Origin: Ruditapes philippinarum
Taxonomy: Eukaryota
Reading direction: 5' to 3'
Assembly: GCF_026571515.1 (NCBI RefSeq)
Contig: NW_026860085.1
Location: 1-64,000, forward strand
Length of the DNA stretch: 64,000 nt
Shown here in pieces: positions 22,152 to 33,661 of this stretch. Numbering within the stretch: position 1 is the first letter of the stretch; each line of letters starts with the position of its first letter. The notes under the pieces were generated by a model. The model was given only the letters and a program-made list of their open reading frames with translations, made no database searches and was not told where the DNA came from. A program made the position numbers and the translations under genes.

Positions 22152-24766
22152 TCAAGGAACTGCTGGAATTGCTGGACAGGTGGCGGCAGCTGAAATTGTA
22201 AACCACCAGTACTTCCTGCAGCAACATCCACGAGGTACCCATACATACCTCCATCTCCATGTTTGTAGCCACCCAAAAGAATCGATACCATTGCTCGTAT
22301 TAAAGACTATTCTGTAACAATATACTGGCAAACGGATCAACCTGAATGAAAACAAACGGTCTTTGATTTGATTTTTGTTACAATGTTATTTTCATAATTT
22401 TTGTTACAATGTATTTTTTTCCATTTTTGTTACAATGTTATTTTCATCATTTTTGTTACAATGTAATTTTCACCATTTTTGTTACAATGTTATATTTACC
22501 ATTTTGTGTTACAACCTTATTTTCACAGACAATAATGAGGTCATGAACGTTGCAATGGTGTTAAAACTGTGATTGTATGCATTTCCGTACAATTATACCG
22601 AGCTTACCATTGCTTTTGTACAAAACCATGTGTTTGAACTTTGATATCTTTGTTAGTAAAGCAATTAGCTATTGCAACTTAGAGAGGGATAAGTATACAT
22701 TGTATTACTGAAAATGACATAAATCTAAAATGTAGGTATAATGTACGAAAATAGAAGTAACAATTTGTCTGTGTTTTGAATATAAAATATTTGGTCAGTA
22801 GTCATTACCTGTAATCGGGGAAACATCTGTATCTAGAGTCGACCCAAGTGAACGGCCAGTAGCTCCAGTGACAGTGGCTTCTACAAACGAAATACAAAAA
22901 CATATATAATACAATTTAGTTCTCGTTGACATTTCATAATTAGTATCGTAGAAGTTTAGAAGTTAGACATATAGACATGTTAAGATATTAAGAGATTATT
23001 GTACTATATGAAACAAGCACTTCCTTGTCTATGGAAAAATTGACAACAAAGGATGTCAATGAAACCTACAAACTTATCTTTATTTTGTAAAATAAATCTA
23101 GAAATAAAAATAAGGATACACTTACGCTCCACAATATGTGCCCCAAACCCACCACGGTGACCACCAGTATTCCAGGATGACTGTACCATCAGACTGTAGG
23201 GACCAATATCTCCAGTACCATCTATAACGCCACAATACATACCACTTATACGGGCACGTTCTCCAGTAATATGGCAAAGCTCTAAAACAAACAAATAGCT
23301 CATAAATTATCGAAAGTGTAAATTATCGAAACTTGATATTACTTGATCGAATAATGATATTAATTAGTGCCACTTATCGAAACTTGATATTTATTAGTAT
23401 AAATCATTAAAACTTGATATAAATGTAAATGTTTGCTTTTTATTCTCTCCGGCAGAGAACATTTTTGTTTCTTATGATAATCACATAAAAATAAACTTCA
23501 TCTTTATTAAATCATATTACTTACGTTCACAGATTACAGATTCAAAATCATTGAAGTTATAATACTAATGAAATCAATATAGGCGTTGAAATTGAAACAC
23601 GTGAAATATTTCACAATAACAGTGTGTACTATTAAATTAATCCAGCGTTTTTGTAGTAAGGCATATATAGTAAGGTACATTACAAAATTCAATACGTTTC
23701 TAATTGAACTACAACTTACATGTCTAGATCTGCAGCAGAACCAACTGGTCCAAGATCTGCTTCTAAAATGTCACGTGACACTAGCTCTTCAGCTTTTGCT
23801 TCTATTGAATCACTGTAATCATAAATACATAGAGGATATTCAAGTTTTTTACTGTAAATACATAATTTTTATTTTCATCAAGTGGTATGAAAATAAATAT
23901 TTCATGAGTGGCGGTAGCCACGAGTAAAATATGTTAATTTTCATGCCACGAGTAAAATATGTTAATTTTCATGCCACAAGATGAAACTAAATCATGTATT
24001 TACAGAAAAAAAAATTGAATTTTCTGTTTATTATATACATTTTCCTATTTTTTGACATTAATTTGAAAGAATTTCCCTTAAATGTTGTGTACTGGCAAAA
24101 TTTAAAAGAAAGTAGTCCCGTCAAGACACCAGTGAAAATACGGAAAATATGTTTCACCACAGTGAAAAACACATTTTTACAGTGAAAATACGGAAAATGA
24201 AAATACGCATTTTATTTCATCAATATTTCTCAATATTTCATCTATAAGTATATAATAAATACGTGTATGAGTCTGTGTGTGTTATATTTTGGTTACCTTC
24301 ACCATCAGAAAAAAATTGGGCGAGTATGACTGCATAAGATGGTTCTGGATTAATGTTATAAGATAAAAAAAAAAGATTCTTATCAAACTACTTCAATGAA
24401 AACATTCAGTTTAGGTTTGTCTGTTTATGTTTCTATTAACATGCTTGTATCAGCAACACGTGATTAAAATGCAGTAAGAATTGGTTACCGCTTCCTAGAC
24501 GTTAATTCTGCCAATATGACCTGGTCTAGGTCTAGATACACGTTTCACCTCGTTAATTCTGCCAATATGTCCCGGCTCAGGTTGCCCTCGAGGGCTGACA
24601 GAGCTGCAGTGTATCTGAGTCTGATATTCATGCTGGCAGTCGCTTGTATCTGAAGATCGTGATCCATCGCGTCTTCCTCGCTAGGACAATCCGGCATGGT
24701 CTTCTGAGACGTCACATACTGTGTCCCAAACAACACCATGAATAAAAACAATGAGAAGCGTCCCAT
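22152..24766 (-). CDS. secreted Trp/Tyr/Arg-rich cystine-knot-type protein (Spaetzle/noggin/trunk-like topology) with acidic pro-region, ~242 aa
   Basis: Exons 24766-24549 (signal peptide MGRFSLFLFMVLFGTQYVTS), 23812-23720, 23281-23126, 22880-22809, 22341-22152 (TGA). All introns are phase 2, GT-AG. C-terminal domain: TCP...YCGASHC...YRCFPDY...VYC...VPRGCCC. AATAAA on the - strand at 22040-22035. An acceptor at 24771 implies a non-coding upstream exon. Confidence 0.85.
22372..22525. repeat. 28-bp tandem repeat (TTTTTGTTACAATGTTATTTTCATCA-like), ~5 copies
   Basis: Directly visible; explains spurious ORF 22375-22572. Confidence 0.85.
23828..24260. mobile_element. second member of the hairpin-headed element family (cf. 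2626-3810)
   Basis: ATAGAGGATATT start, tip GTGGC-GGTA-GCCAC (23908-23921), repeated AGTGAAAATAC tail. Confidence 0.55.
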
Positions 24767-24857
24767 TTTCCTGACAACAATACATGAAAATACGAGTTAA
24801 GAATGAATTTTTATTGGTAAAAAGCGTGCGTTTAATACAAATCTCAGTGGTATTTTT

Positions 24858-24916
24858 GAGGGCCTCATGGAAGATTGATATGTTTGTTCAAATGAGTTCT
24901 CTCGTTAAATAAAGTC

Positions 24917-24979
<63 letters not shown>
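24858..24979 (+). repeat. (TTA)n microsatellite, probably the 3' tail of a truncated LINE
   Basis: About 20 TTA units (24918-24979) preceded by AATAAA and a GAGGGCCTCATGGAAGATT...GAG segment resembling a CR1/L2-type 3' end. Confidence 0.75.
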
Positions 24980-26869
24980 TCACTTAATTTTGAAGAGGCC
25001 TTAGCCTCTTAATTTTGGAAAATGTTTCGCTAAAATTGCAAATTTAGGAAGTAAAAAAGCTTAACATTTTGGGAAAACTCCGTGATTTTAAAGAAAATTT
25101 CCATTTGGAAGAGGCCGGTTATGTAGGCCTCTGTTGAAGAGGTAAAAATCATTAAATCTTTACCTTATACATGTATTATTTTCATTTTCAGATTTTCAGA
25201 TTTTATATATAGCAAAGATTTTTATGCTGCTTATAAAATTTATATCATTAGAAATTTCTTTTTTCTTACAGCAATGGAAAATTTGATTTCTGAAGAAAAA
25301 AAAAATAAATAAACATTCATCCAATATTCCTTAAAAGATCATTTTATTTTGATACATGTTTACTTGTATTTGATATACATGTAGTTCGCTTTATATAAAC
25401 AACCTGTCAAGATGTCGTTAAGATATTAAAAAAAAGTTTTAACCCTTTTTATTTAATTAATTATAAATATAGAGTTGCAAAACAGCTACGAATACACGAC
25501 TTAAACATTGAAATACTGTAAATACATGTATTCTAACCAGTACATGTATAGGTTTTTAATTCATAACATGACATATTTCCAATTTAACTATCCAGTAATA
25601 AAGTAAATAATTATTAACGAAAAATTTCTAATGATACGAGGGTGGTTTCCCAATAATTCTTGGAATGCAAATACTCAAAGCGCTTCTTAAAGATTTTAAC
25701 TGATATTTAATACGCTATTGTCGATAGTACGAACAAAACATAAAAAAACAGCATGATATCATTTAATTTGACGGTAAAGCTACCTAGTAACGAAATACGG
25801 CCATTGTCCACGGCTTTGCGGGACAGCCCTCGTTTAATTAATTTCAGACATATTTTATTTTGGCAATATTATCATTATTATTAGTATTGATGACAATAAT
25901 GTTCTTGTCGAATTTAAAGCTCCTATTGAGATAGAATTCAATAATAAAAATTAAATTACAGTATTAATTGTGTAAAAGTTGGCAGCAATTAACATTTCAA
26001 AAACAAAGTACCAATCATATATTATACAAACTACCACTAAAATATCGCTGAATATGTAAGCGGTGCAAAAATAGTGTAAAGATAACTTACATTATTCTTA
26101 TTTCCATTCAAATCACACTCCAAGATGATTACAAGCCCCGTGTGCTTAGCCTTTTAATCGCACTAGAAAGTAGTCCGGCAGGCACGTTGCAAATTTTGAT
26201 TGGAGCTTTTACAGTCATCACAAATAATGGTAAGATGAACCCTATCTGGACGTTGAAAGCTGTTCCTTTGAACTTTTTTGTACACAACATGGGAGGTTCT
26301 TGCTGCCTATGCTATTGTCACCCTACCCCGCCCCACGCCCTCTTCTATAAGCTGTATTGAATGATCCTTTTACGTCAGTTTATAATATTTTTGATATTTT
26401 TTATGTTTTAATTAGTGAACAGGGTACTTCTAAATCATATATCGAATTAAAGAAGTTTTTCACGCAATGATATAAAGGTGTAGTATTATTGAGTACAAAT
26501 GAAATATGGCAAAAGAAAACATATTTTGATAATTTTAGTCAAACATATCACAATTATAATCAGAAAATGGCGAGACTGTTAGTGATAATCGAGGCGTGTT
26601 TAAAGAATATTTTATCAAAGGTTAGTAGGGCATTTAACCATCATTTACCATGATTGGATAAAGACAGTGTATATGTTATATTTTCTATCTATCAATTATC
26701 TAACGATCCTCCCTTTATTGTTTTTTTTTTGTATTAGCCTTAGCGTAGTGATTTCTGAACTGCTGGATTACTAATCATGTTAATAATTGCGGTGATAAAT
26801 CGATTGTGAAAATGAAGGATAACATAACAGACTTAGAAAAGAATCTGAAAATAATTACAAACACCACTT

Positions 26870-29800
26870 ATGGAAGTTTTGGTAAGTTTTTTTATACATT
26901 CATTTTTATTCTTTTTTAAACTTTTGGGCTTCTAAAGAGCTATTCTACTGAGATTACGTTATGTTTCAATAATTGAGTGAATTGAATACTTTTGGCTATA
27001 GTGGCTGATTTTGAACACATTTGTTTGACGTGTTGTCGCTAGCGACACCACGACAAAGCGCCAAACGGCGCAGTGTCGCATTGTCGTCTTGTCGCTAACG
27101 AAGCACACCAAACGCCGTGCTGCCTGTTATCACGACCACATTGTCGCTCGGCTCAAATCGAAGGATTGGCTGTTTGTATATATATTATTAGTTATATATA
27201 TATTTTGACAAGCTATATATGGCCCTATATAAACGATTGTTTGTAAATAAAACCCGAGCCGCTAGGCTACGGTTATATTGCAAACAACCGTTTATATATG
27301 GAATAAACTGTTTGCTCAAATAAGCTATGTATTTATATATAACACCGCATTTAAAATACCGGAGTCTTTGAATACATTGTATATACTTAATAATAAATTG
27401 AAACGCTATTTTTCAATTGATTCGTTTTAGAGATGTTTTGCAAACACTTGGTTAAATCGAACTTGAAAAAATGGCGACCGGGTCAAGAAAAAATATCTGG
27501 TGATTTTAAATGTTGTCCAAATTTTTAGCACATTATACTTCATTTGAACTTAAACAATAACTAGTCGCTGCGTAAAAAATTTTCATTAAATACCAATTCA
27601 ACGTATAATCAGGTCCAATAAGGTCCTGATTTAGATCAGATTGTTGAATAAAATAAACAAATCTGGGATATTCTTATGTTCAACATATAATAATTGCAAT
27701 AACATAACTTGACATTGTTTTTAATTTAAGTGTTGCTTTTCAGAGAGCGTTATGTATCTTTATGACGTGCATCAGTAATGTACAGACATATCCTATAGAA
27801 CACGACATTAACAGCCGCCAAGTCACACGATGTTTATTACCGCAAATACAGTTACTTAATGGTATTCTTGTTCCCGACAGACCAATGCCACGGTACGATT
27901 TCTCTCAATTAACAATGTTGAAGGTAATCAAAATATAACGGTCTTTTAAATTTTATTTTTATCGGAAGAAATTGCAGCAAAATGACGTTCAATAACATCA
28001 TAGATATAATGATAATGAAATACAATATTGAATTGTTTGTTACATGTTAGAAATCAATTTAAAATAAAAAAAATGACAAGTTGGCAGAGATACAGGTATG
28101 CCAATAATGTTTGGCTCTCGGTGTGTTAAGAATCAAGATCACTGATTAAAGGATTTCTGACCCTTATGACTGTGTGTTTGAAACTTGCAAAACCGTTAAA
28201 TTCTTTCACACGTGTAGTCTATACAGCTTTATATGAAAACCGGTGACCCATAATACCCGCGTCCTTAATACGCCTGCATCCTCCCTCGCACAGGTGTCAG
28301 TTTACCTGAACACTGTTCCGAACTTAACCAAAGAAACATATTGTTGAATTATTGCAGAAAGGACTATAAGAATGCATTACGTAAAGAACCAAATGGTAGA
28401 GAGATTAATGCCATGATCAGACAGACGAAAGAAGAGCTGGGACGTGTAGCTGAGTATGGCAATCAACCTTTTAAACAATATGAGCCGCGTCACGACAAAA
28501 CCAACATAGTGCGTTTGCGAACAGCATGGATCCAGACCAGCCTGCGCATCCGCGCAGTCTGATCAGGATCCATGCTGTTCGCTATCAGTTTCTCTACTTG
28601 TAATAGGGTTTTTAAGCGAACAGCATGGATCCTGATCAGACTGCACTGACGAGCAGGCTGGTCTGAATCCATGCTGGTCGCAAACCCATTATGTTGGTTT
28701 TGTCGCGACACGGCTCAATTATAACACTTTCCAATTTTCACATTTAGTGCCAGAATCTGTAGATTATTGTAATTCATTCAACTATCGATGCTTAATGAAG
28801 AGATAATAGAAATTAGATGTCACGTGGTTCATTTAAAGTTTTGTTCTTTATGAAAGTATACTTTGTATACCTAGTAGCGCTTATGTCAATAGTAGAATCA
28901 ATATTGTTATTTTTAGTGTTCTCTTTCAGTTCCGCCTAAACATAATTATTTTCAGCAGCTTTCTTCCAGATTAATTCTAATTTTTATGAAAATTGCAAGT
29001 GTATTTAAAGGTAAAAATTGTAAAGTGAACACAAAAGTAATTTACACATTGCAAACATGTAATGTATATGATTTAGGTTTGTTGGTGAAAAATGCCGAAG
29101 CTTCCGGCAAATATTATTTATTTAATTTTTGGGGATGTCTAGAAAAAACATCATGTATCGTATACATAGACCGATTTATCGTTTGTTTGCATGGTAACCA
29201 GTTTAGAAAAAGAGTTTGACAAGAATTCCGCCCTCTGCTTCCCTCCTTTGTGCAAGTCGAGAATCCGTGTCATAACCAACTGGAGGGTTTTAGGCACAGA
29301 CTGCTGGGCCATACAGCCTGTTATCTGGAGACAATGCAAGGAAAAGTGAGAGAAAAATGACACTAAATCAGTTATCCTAAAATTATATAAAACTGAAATG
29401 ATTTATTATTTACTTCTTAATTTTAAAGCTGTAATTTTAAAGTTTTTTCTCTCTTATTGATAAGATCCGTGAAAGAGATCTTCTAGAAAAATGACTAAAA
29501 TGTAAAGTCGGACTATTTTCTAAATGATTCTGGTCAGAGGTATATAATTGTTAACAATTCTCTGTTCTCACGACTTGTTCATTCTCGTACTTCTTAGCGA
29601 AAACTGAGGCAAAAAATAAACCTAACCACAATATACTTTGTGATATATATTTATATCTATGTTGTTTCAACTAAAACATGGAACACTTAACATGCAAATT
29701 TTGATGCATCTTTCTCTTTCTCACTGAGATATACGGTTACATTTCAACTTGAAAAAAAGTTTTTGCTGATTTTGGAATATTAATTTCAGACCATTGGATG

Positions 29801-29964
29801 CGTTTTCGTGTGTAAACGAGATGTCTACGACAGGGCTAGGTTATACTTGTCAGTCAGAATATATGCCGGTAACGGTGTTGGTATATTGTCAACATGGTGT
29901 GCCAGCGTTCCGCTACATGTCTGTTTATGTCTCATTTAAATGCTCACGTAGGTTCATGTTATAA
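26870..29964 (+). CDS. secreted cystine-knot-type protein, divergent paralog of 22152-24766 (~214 aa; possibly decaying)
   Basis: Exons 26870-26881 (MEVL), 27744-27861 (RALCIFMTCISNVQT-YP..., signal peptide), 28294-28453, 28970-29010, 29207-29345, 29790-29964 (TAA) give 645 nt with no stop. C-terminal LCKS...DCW...RQCKEKPLDAFSC...YTCQSEY...LVYC...VYVSFKCSR aligns with the neighbouring gene. The middle exon boundaries are uncertain. Confidence 0.7.
27226..27298. repeat. foldback hairpin (tip AGCC-GCTA-GGCT)
   Basis: TATATAAACGATTGTTTGTAAATA / TATTGCAAACAACCGTTTATATA arms. Confidence 0.7.
28482..28716. mobile_element. 235-bp palindromic MITE (Sola-like), copy 4
   Basis: Same family; central spacer is in the opposite orientation to copies 1-3. 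Confidence 0.9.
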
Positions 29965-30672
29965 TAATATTTATACCTGTCCGTTTATAACAAATGTGAA
30001 GTAAATCTTTCAGTTGGTCAAAAAGATATAATGATATTGTTTATTAAGAATCATGGCGTGGCTATTTTAGTTTAATGGCATTCAATTCCACCAATCAATA
30101 ACTCACATTAAGCTGATCAATAACACGGAAAGTGACGAAACATGCCGGACTTGTACGAGCCTGTGCTACCAGGGTTTTCCAAATAGAAAAGACCCTGCGC
30201 GGAATAAACATTCTCTTAAAGCAAAGTATATATTTCAACAACCATTGTATTTCTCTGAATCTGTTGTTGTTGTTGTTTTAACATATTTTGCCAAAAAAAA
30301 TACAAGACGCACTGAAAAATAAAGCATTATATATACATAAAATTATTACGCAGGAACACAAACCTGTCATGCTTTCTTATACAGCTACATGTATATAACA
30401 TTAATTTATTTTAATTCTTTTCTATTTTTCAGTAAAGAAGTATTGCTGTCAGAACATTTAATACAGAACACTGATTAATATGATTCTTATCAAACTGTCA
30501 AGTTAAAATAAAAGTAATCAAACAACTTTCTGTGTTGTTGTTTATTGAAATTTGGAGCACCTTATGCTTATATAAATAAGCTCTGCTCTACCTGAAGCTA
30601 GAAAAAAATTATGTTATAGATAAATTATCTATGTGATGTACAGATAATTATCAACCTTAACCAGCTGGAACT

Positions 30673-33661
30673 GAGCCAGGCCAGTCTCCGTTTCGTCTGA
30701 CCTGTGATAGAGCCAAGCCAGCCTTTGTTTTGTCTGACCTGTGATAGAGCCAGGTCAGCCTCCGTTTATTCTGACCTGTGATAGAGCCAGGCCAGCCACC
30801 GTGTAATTTGACCTGTGATAGGGCCGGACCAGCCTCCGTTTAGTCTGATCTGTTATAGAGCCAGGCCAGCCTCCATTAAGTCTGATCTGTATCAGAGCAA
30901 GGCCAGACTCCGTTTAGTCTGATCTGTAATAGTCAGGCCAGCCTCCGTTTAGTCTGATCCGTGATAGAGCCAGGCCAGCCTCGGTTTAGTCTGACCTGTG
31001 ATAGAGCCAGGCCAGCCTCCGTTTAGTCTGACCTGTGATAGAGCCAGGCCAGCCATCGTTAAGTCTGACCTGTGATCGAGCCTGGCCAGCCTCCGTTTAG
31101 TCTGACCTGTTATAGAACCTGACCAGCCTCCGTTTAGTCTGACCTGTGATAGAGCCAGGCAAGCCTCCGTTTAGTCTGACCTATGATAGAGCAAGACCAG
31201 CCTTCGTTTAGTCTGACCTGTGATAGAGCCAGGCCAGCCTCCGTTTAGTCTGACCTTTGATAGAGCAAGACCAGCCTCCGTTTAGTCTGACCTATGATCG
31301 AACCTGACCAGCTTCCGTTTAGTCTGACCTGTGATAGAGCCAGACCAGCCTCCGTTTAGTCTGACATATGATAGAGCAAGACCAGCCTCCGTTTAGTTTG
31401 ACCTGTGATAGAACCTGACCAGCCTCCATTTAGTCTGACCTGTGATAGAGCTAGGCCAGCCTCCGTTTAGTCTGACCTGTGATAGAGCCAGGCCAGCCTC
31501 TGTTCGTCTGACTTGTGATAGAACCTGACCAGCCTCCGTTTAGTCTGACTTTTGATAGAACCTGACCAGCCTTCGTTTAGTCTGACCTTTGATAGAGCCA
31601 GACCTGCCTCCGTTTAGTCTGACCTGTGATAGAGCCTGACCAGTCTCCGTTTAGTCTGACCTGTGATACAGCCAGGCAATCCTCTGTTTAGTCTGACCTA
31701 TGATAGAGTAGAGCAAGACCAGCCTTCGTTTAGTCTGACCTGTGATAGAGCAAGACCAGCCTTCGTTTAGTCTGACCTGTGATGGAGCAAGGCCAGCCTT
31801 CGTTTAGTCTGACCTCTAATAGAGCCAGGCCAGCCTTCGTTAAGTCTGACCTGTGATAGAGCCAGGCCAGCCTTCGTTAAGTCTGACCTGTGATAGAGCC
31901 AGGCAATCCTCTGTTTAGTCTGACCTATGATAGAGCAAGACCAGCCTTCGTTTAGTCTGACCTGTAATAGAGCCAGGCCAGCCTCCGTTTAGTCTGACCT
32001 ATGATAGAGCAAGACCAGCCTCCGTTTAGTCTGACCTGTGATAGAGCCAGGCCAGCCTTCGTTTAGTCTGACCTGTGAGAGCCAGGCAATCCTCTGTTTA
32101 GTTTGACCTATGATAGAGCAAGACCAGCCTTCGTTTAGTCTGACCTGTGATAGACCCAGGCCAGCCTCCGTTTAGTCTGACCTTTGATAGAGCAAGACCA
32201 GCGTTCGTTTAGTCTGACCTGTTATAGAGCCAGACCAGCTTTCGTTTAGTCTGACCTGTGATAGAGCCAGGCCATTTTCTGTTAAGTCTGACCTGTGAAA
32301 GAGCCAGACCAGCTTCTGTTAAGTCTGACCTGTGATAGAGCCAGGCCATCCTCTGTTTAGTCTCACCTGTGATAGAGCCAGACCAGCCTACGTTTAGTCT
32401 GACCTGTGATAGAGCCAGACCAGCCTACTTTAATCTGACTTGTGATAGAGCCAGGCCAGCCTCAGTTTAGTCTGACCTGTGATAGAGCCAGGCCATCCTC
32501 TGTTAAGTTTGACCTGTGATAGAGCCAGGCCAGCCTCCGTTTAGTCTGACCTATGAGAGAGCAAGACCAGCCTTCGTTTAGTCTGACCTGTGATAGAGCC
32601 AGGCCAGCCTCCGTTTAGTCTGACCTATGATAGAGCAAGACCAGCCTTCGTTTAGTCTGACCTGTGATAGACCCAGGCCAGCCTCCGTTTAGTCTGACCT
32701 TTGATAGAGCAAGACCAGCGTTCGTTTAGTCTGACCTGTGATAGAGCCAGACCAGCTTTCGTTTAGTCTGACCTGTGATAGAGCCAGGCCAGCCTTCGTT
32801 TAGTCTGACCTGTGATAGAGCAAGACCAGCCTTCGTTTAGTCTGACTTGTGATAGAGCCAGACCAGCCTTCGTTTAGTCTGACGTGTGATAGAGCCAGAC
32901 CAGCCTCCGTTTAGTCTGACCTGTGATAGAGCAAGACCAGCCTCCGTTTAGTCTGACTTGTGTTAGAGCCAGACCAGCCTCCGTTTAGTCTGACCTATGA
33001 TAGAGCAAGACCAGCCTTCGTTTAGTCTGACTTGTGATAGAGCCAGACCAGCCTCCGTTTAGTCTGACTTGTGATAGAGCCAGACCAGCCTCCGTTTAGT
33101 CTGACCTGTGATAGAGCCAGACCAGCCTCCGTTTAGTCTGACCTCTAATAGAGCCAGGCCAGCCTTCGTTTAGTCTGACCTGTGATAGAGCCAGACAAGC
33201 CTCCATTTAGTCTGACCTGTGATAGAGTCTGACCAGCCTCCATTAGTCTAACCTGCAATAGAGCCAGGCCAGCCTTGTGTAGTCTGACCTGTGATAGAGC
33301 CAGACCAGCCTACTTTAGTCTAACCTTCAATAGAGCCAGGCCAGCCTCCGTTTAGTTTTGACCTGTGATAGAGCCAGGCCATCCTCTGTTAAGTCTGACC
33401 TGTGATAGAGCCAGGCCAGCCTCTGTTAAGTCTGACCTGTGATAGAGCCAGGCCATCCTCTGTTTAGTCTGACCTATGATAGAGCAAGACCAGCCTTCGT
33501 TTAGTCTGACCTGTGATAGAGCCAGACCAGCCTCCGTTTAGTCTGACCTGTGACAGAGCAAGGCCATCCTCTGTTAAGTCTGACCTGAGATAGAACCAGG
33601 CCATCCTGTTAAGTCTGACATGTGATAGAGCCAGGCCATCCTCTGTTAAGTCTGACCTGTG
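30673..33661. repeat. 37-bp satellite array, ~80 copies (GAGCCAGGCCAGCCTCCGTTTAGTCTGACCTGTGATA)
   Basis: Uninterrupted head-to-tail units; period 37 (GTGATAGAGC at 30961 and 30998). Confidence 0.97.

Noticed and set aside
23004-23303. ORF-track translation LELCHITGERARISG... and the Gly-rich ORF 22085-22291 as the real products
   Set aside because: That shifted frame hits stops in the adjacent exons (TAG near 23802, TGA at the start of the last exon). Only the Trp-rich frame is open across all five phase-2 junctions and gives the Cys pattern shared with the paralog.
24297-24344. Extra exon of the Trp-rich gene (PSYAVILAQFFSDGE)
   Set aside because: It resembles the VILAEL repeat and has AG/GT ends, but it is open only as phase 1-1, incompatible with the flanking phase-2 junctions.
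24545-24547. In-frame TGA as selenocysteine
   Set aside because: No convincing SECIS stem-loop in the ~115-nt 3' UTR by eye, the codon is in a non-catalytic pro-region, and an upstream donor avoids it.
28341-28453. TPR-like orphan exon (DYKNALRKEPNGREI)
   Set aside because: It fits better as a phase-compatible pro-region exon of the + strand cystine-knot gene; no other TPR exons are nearby.
30673-33661. CRISPR array (37-bp repeats)
   Set aside because: Units are head-to-tail without unique spacers, there are no cas genes, and the context is eukaryotic. It is a satellite.
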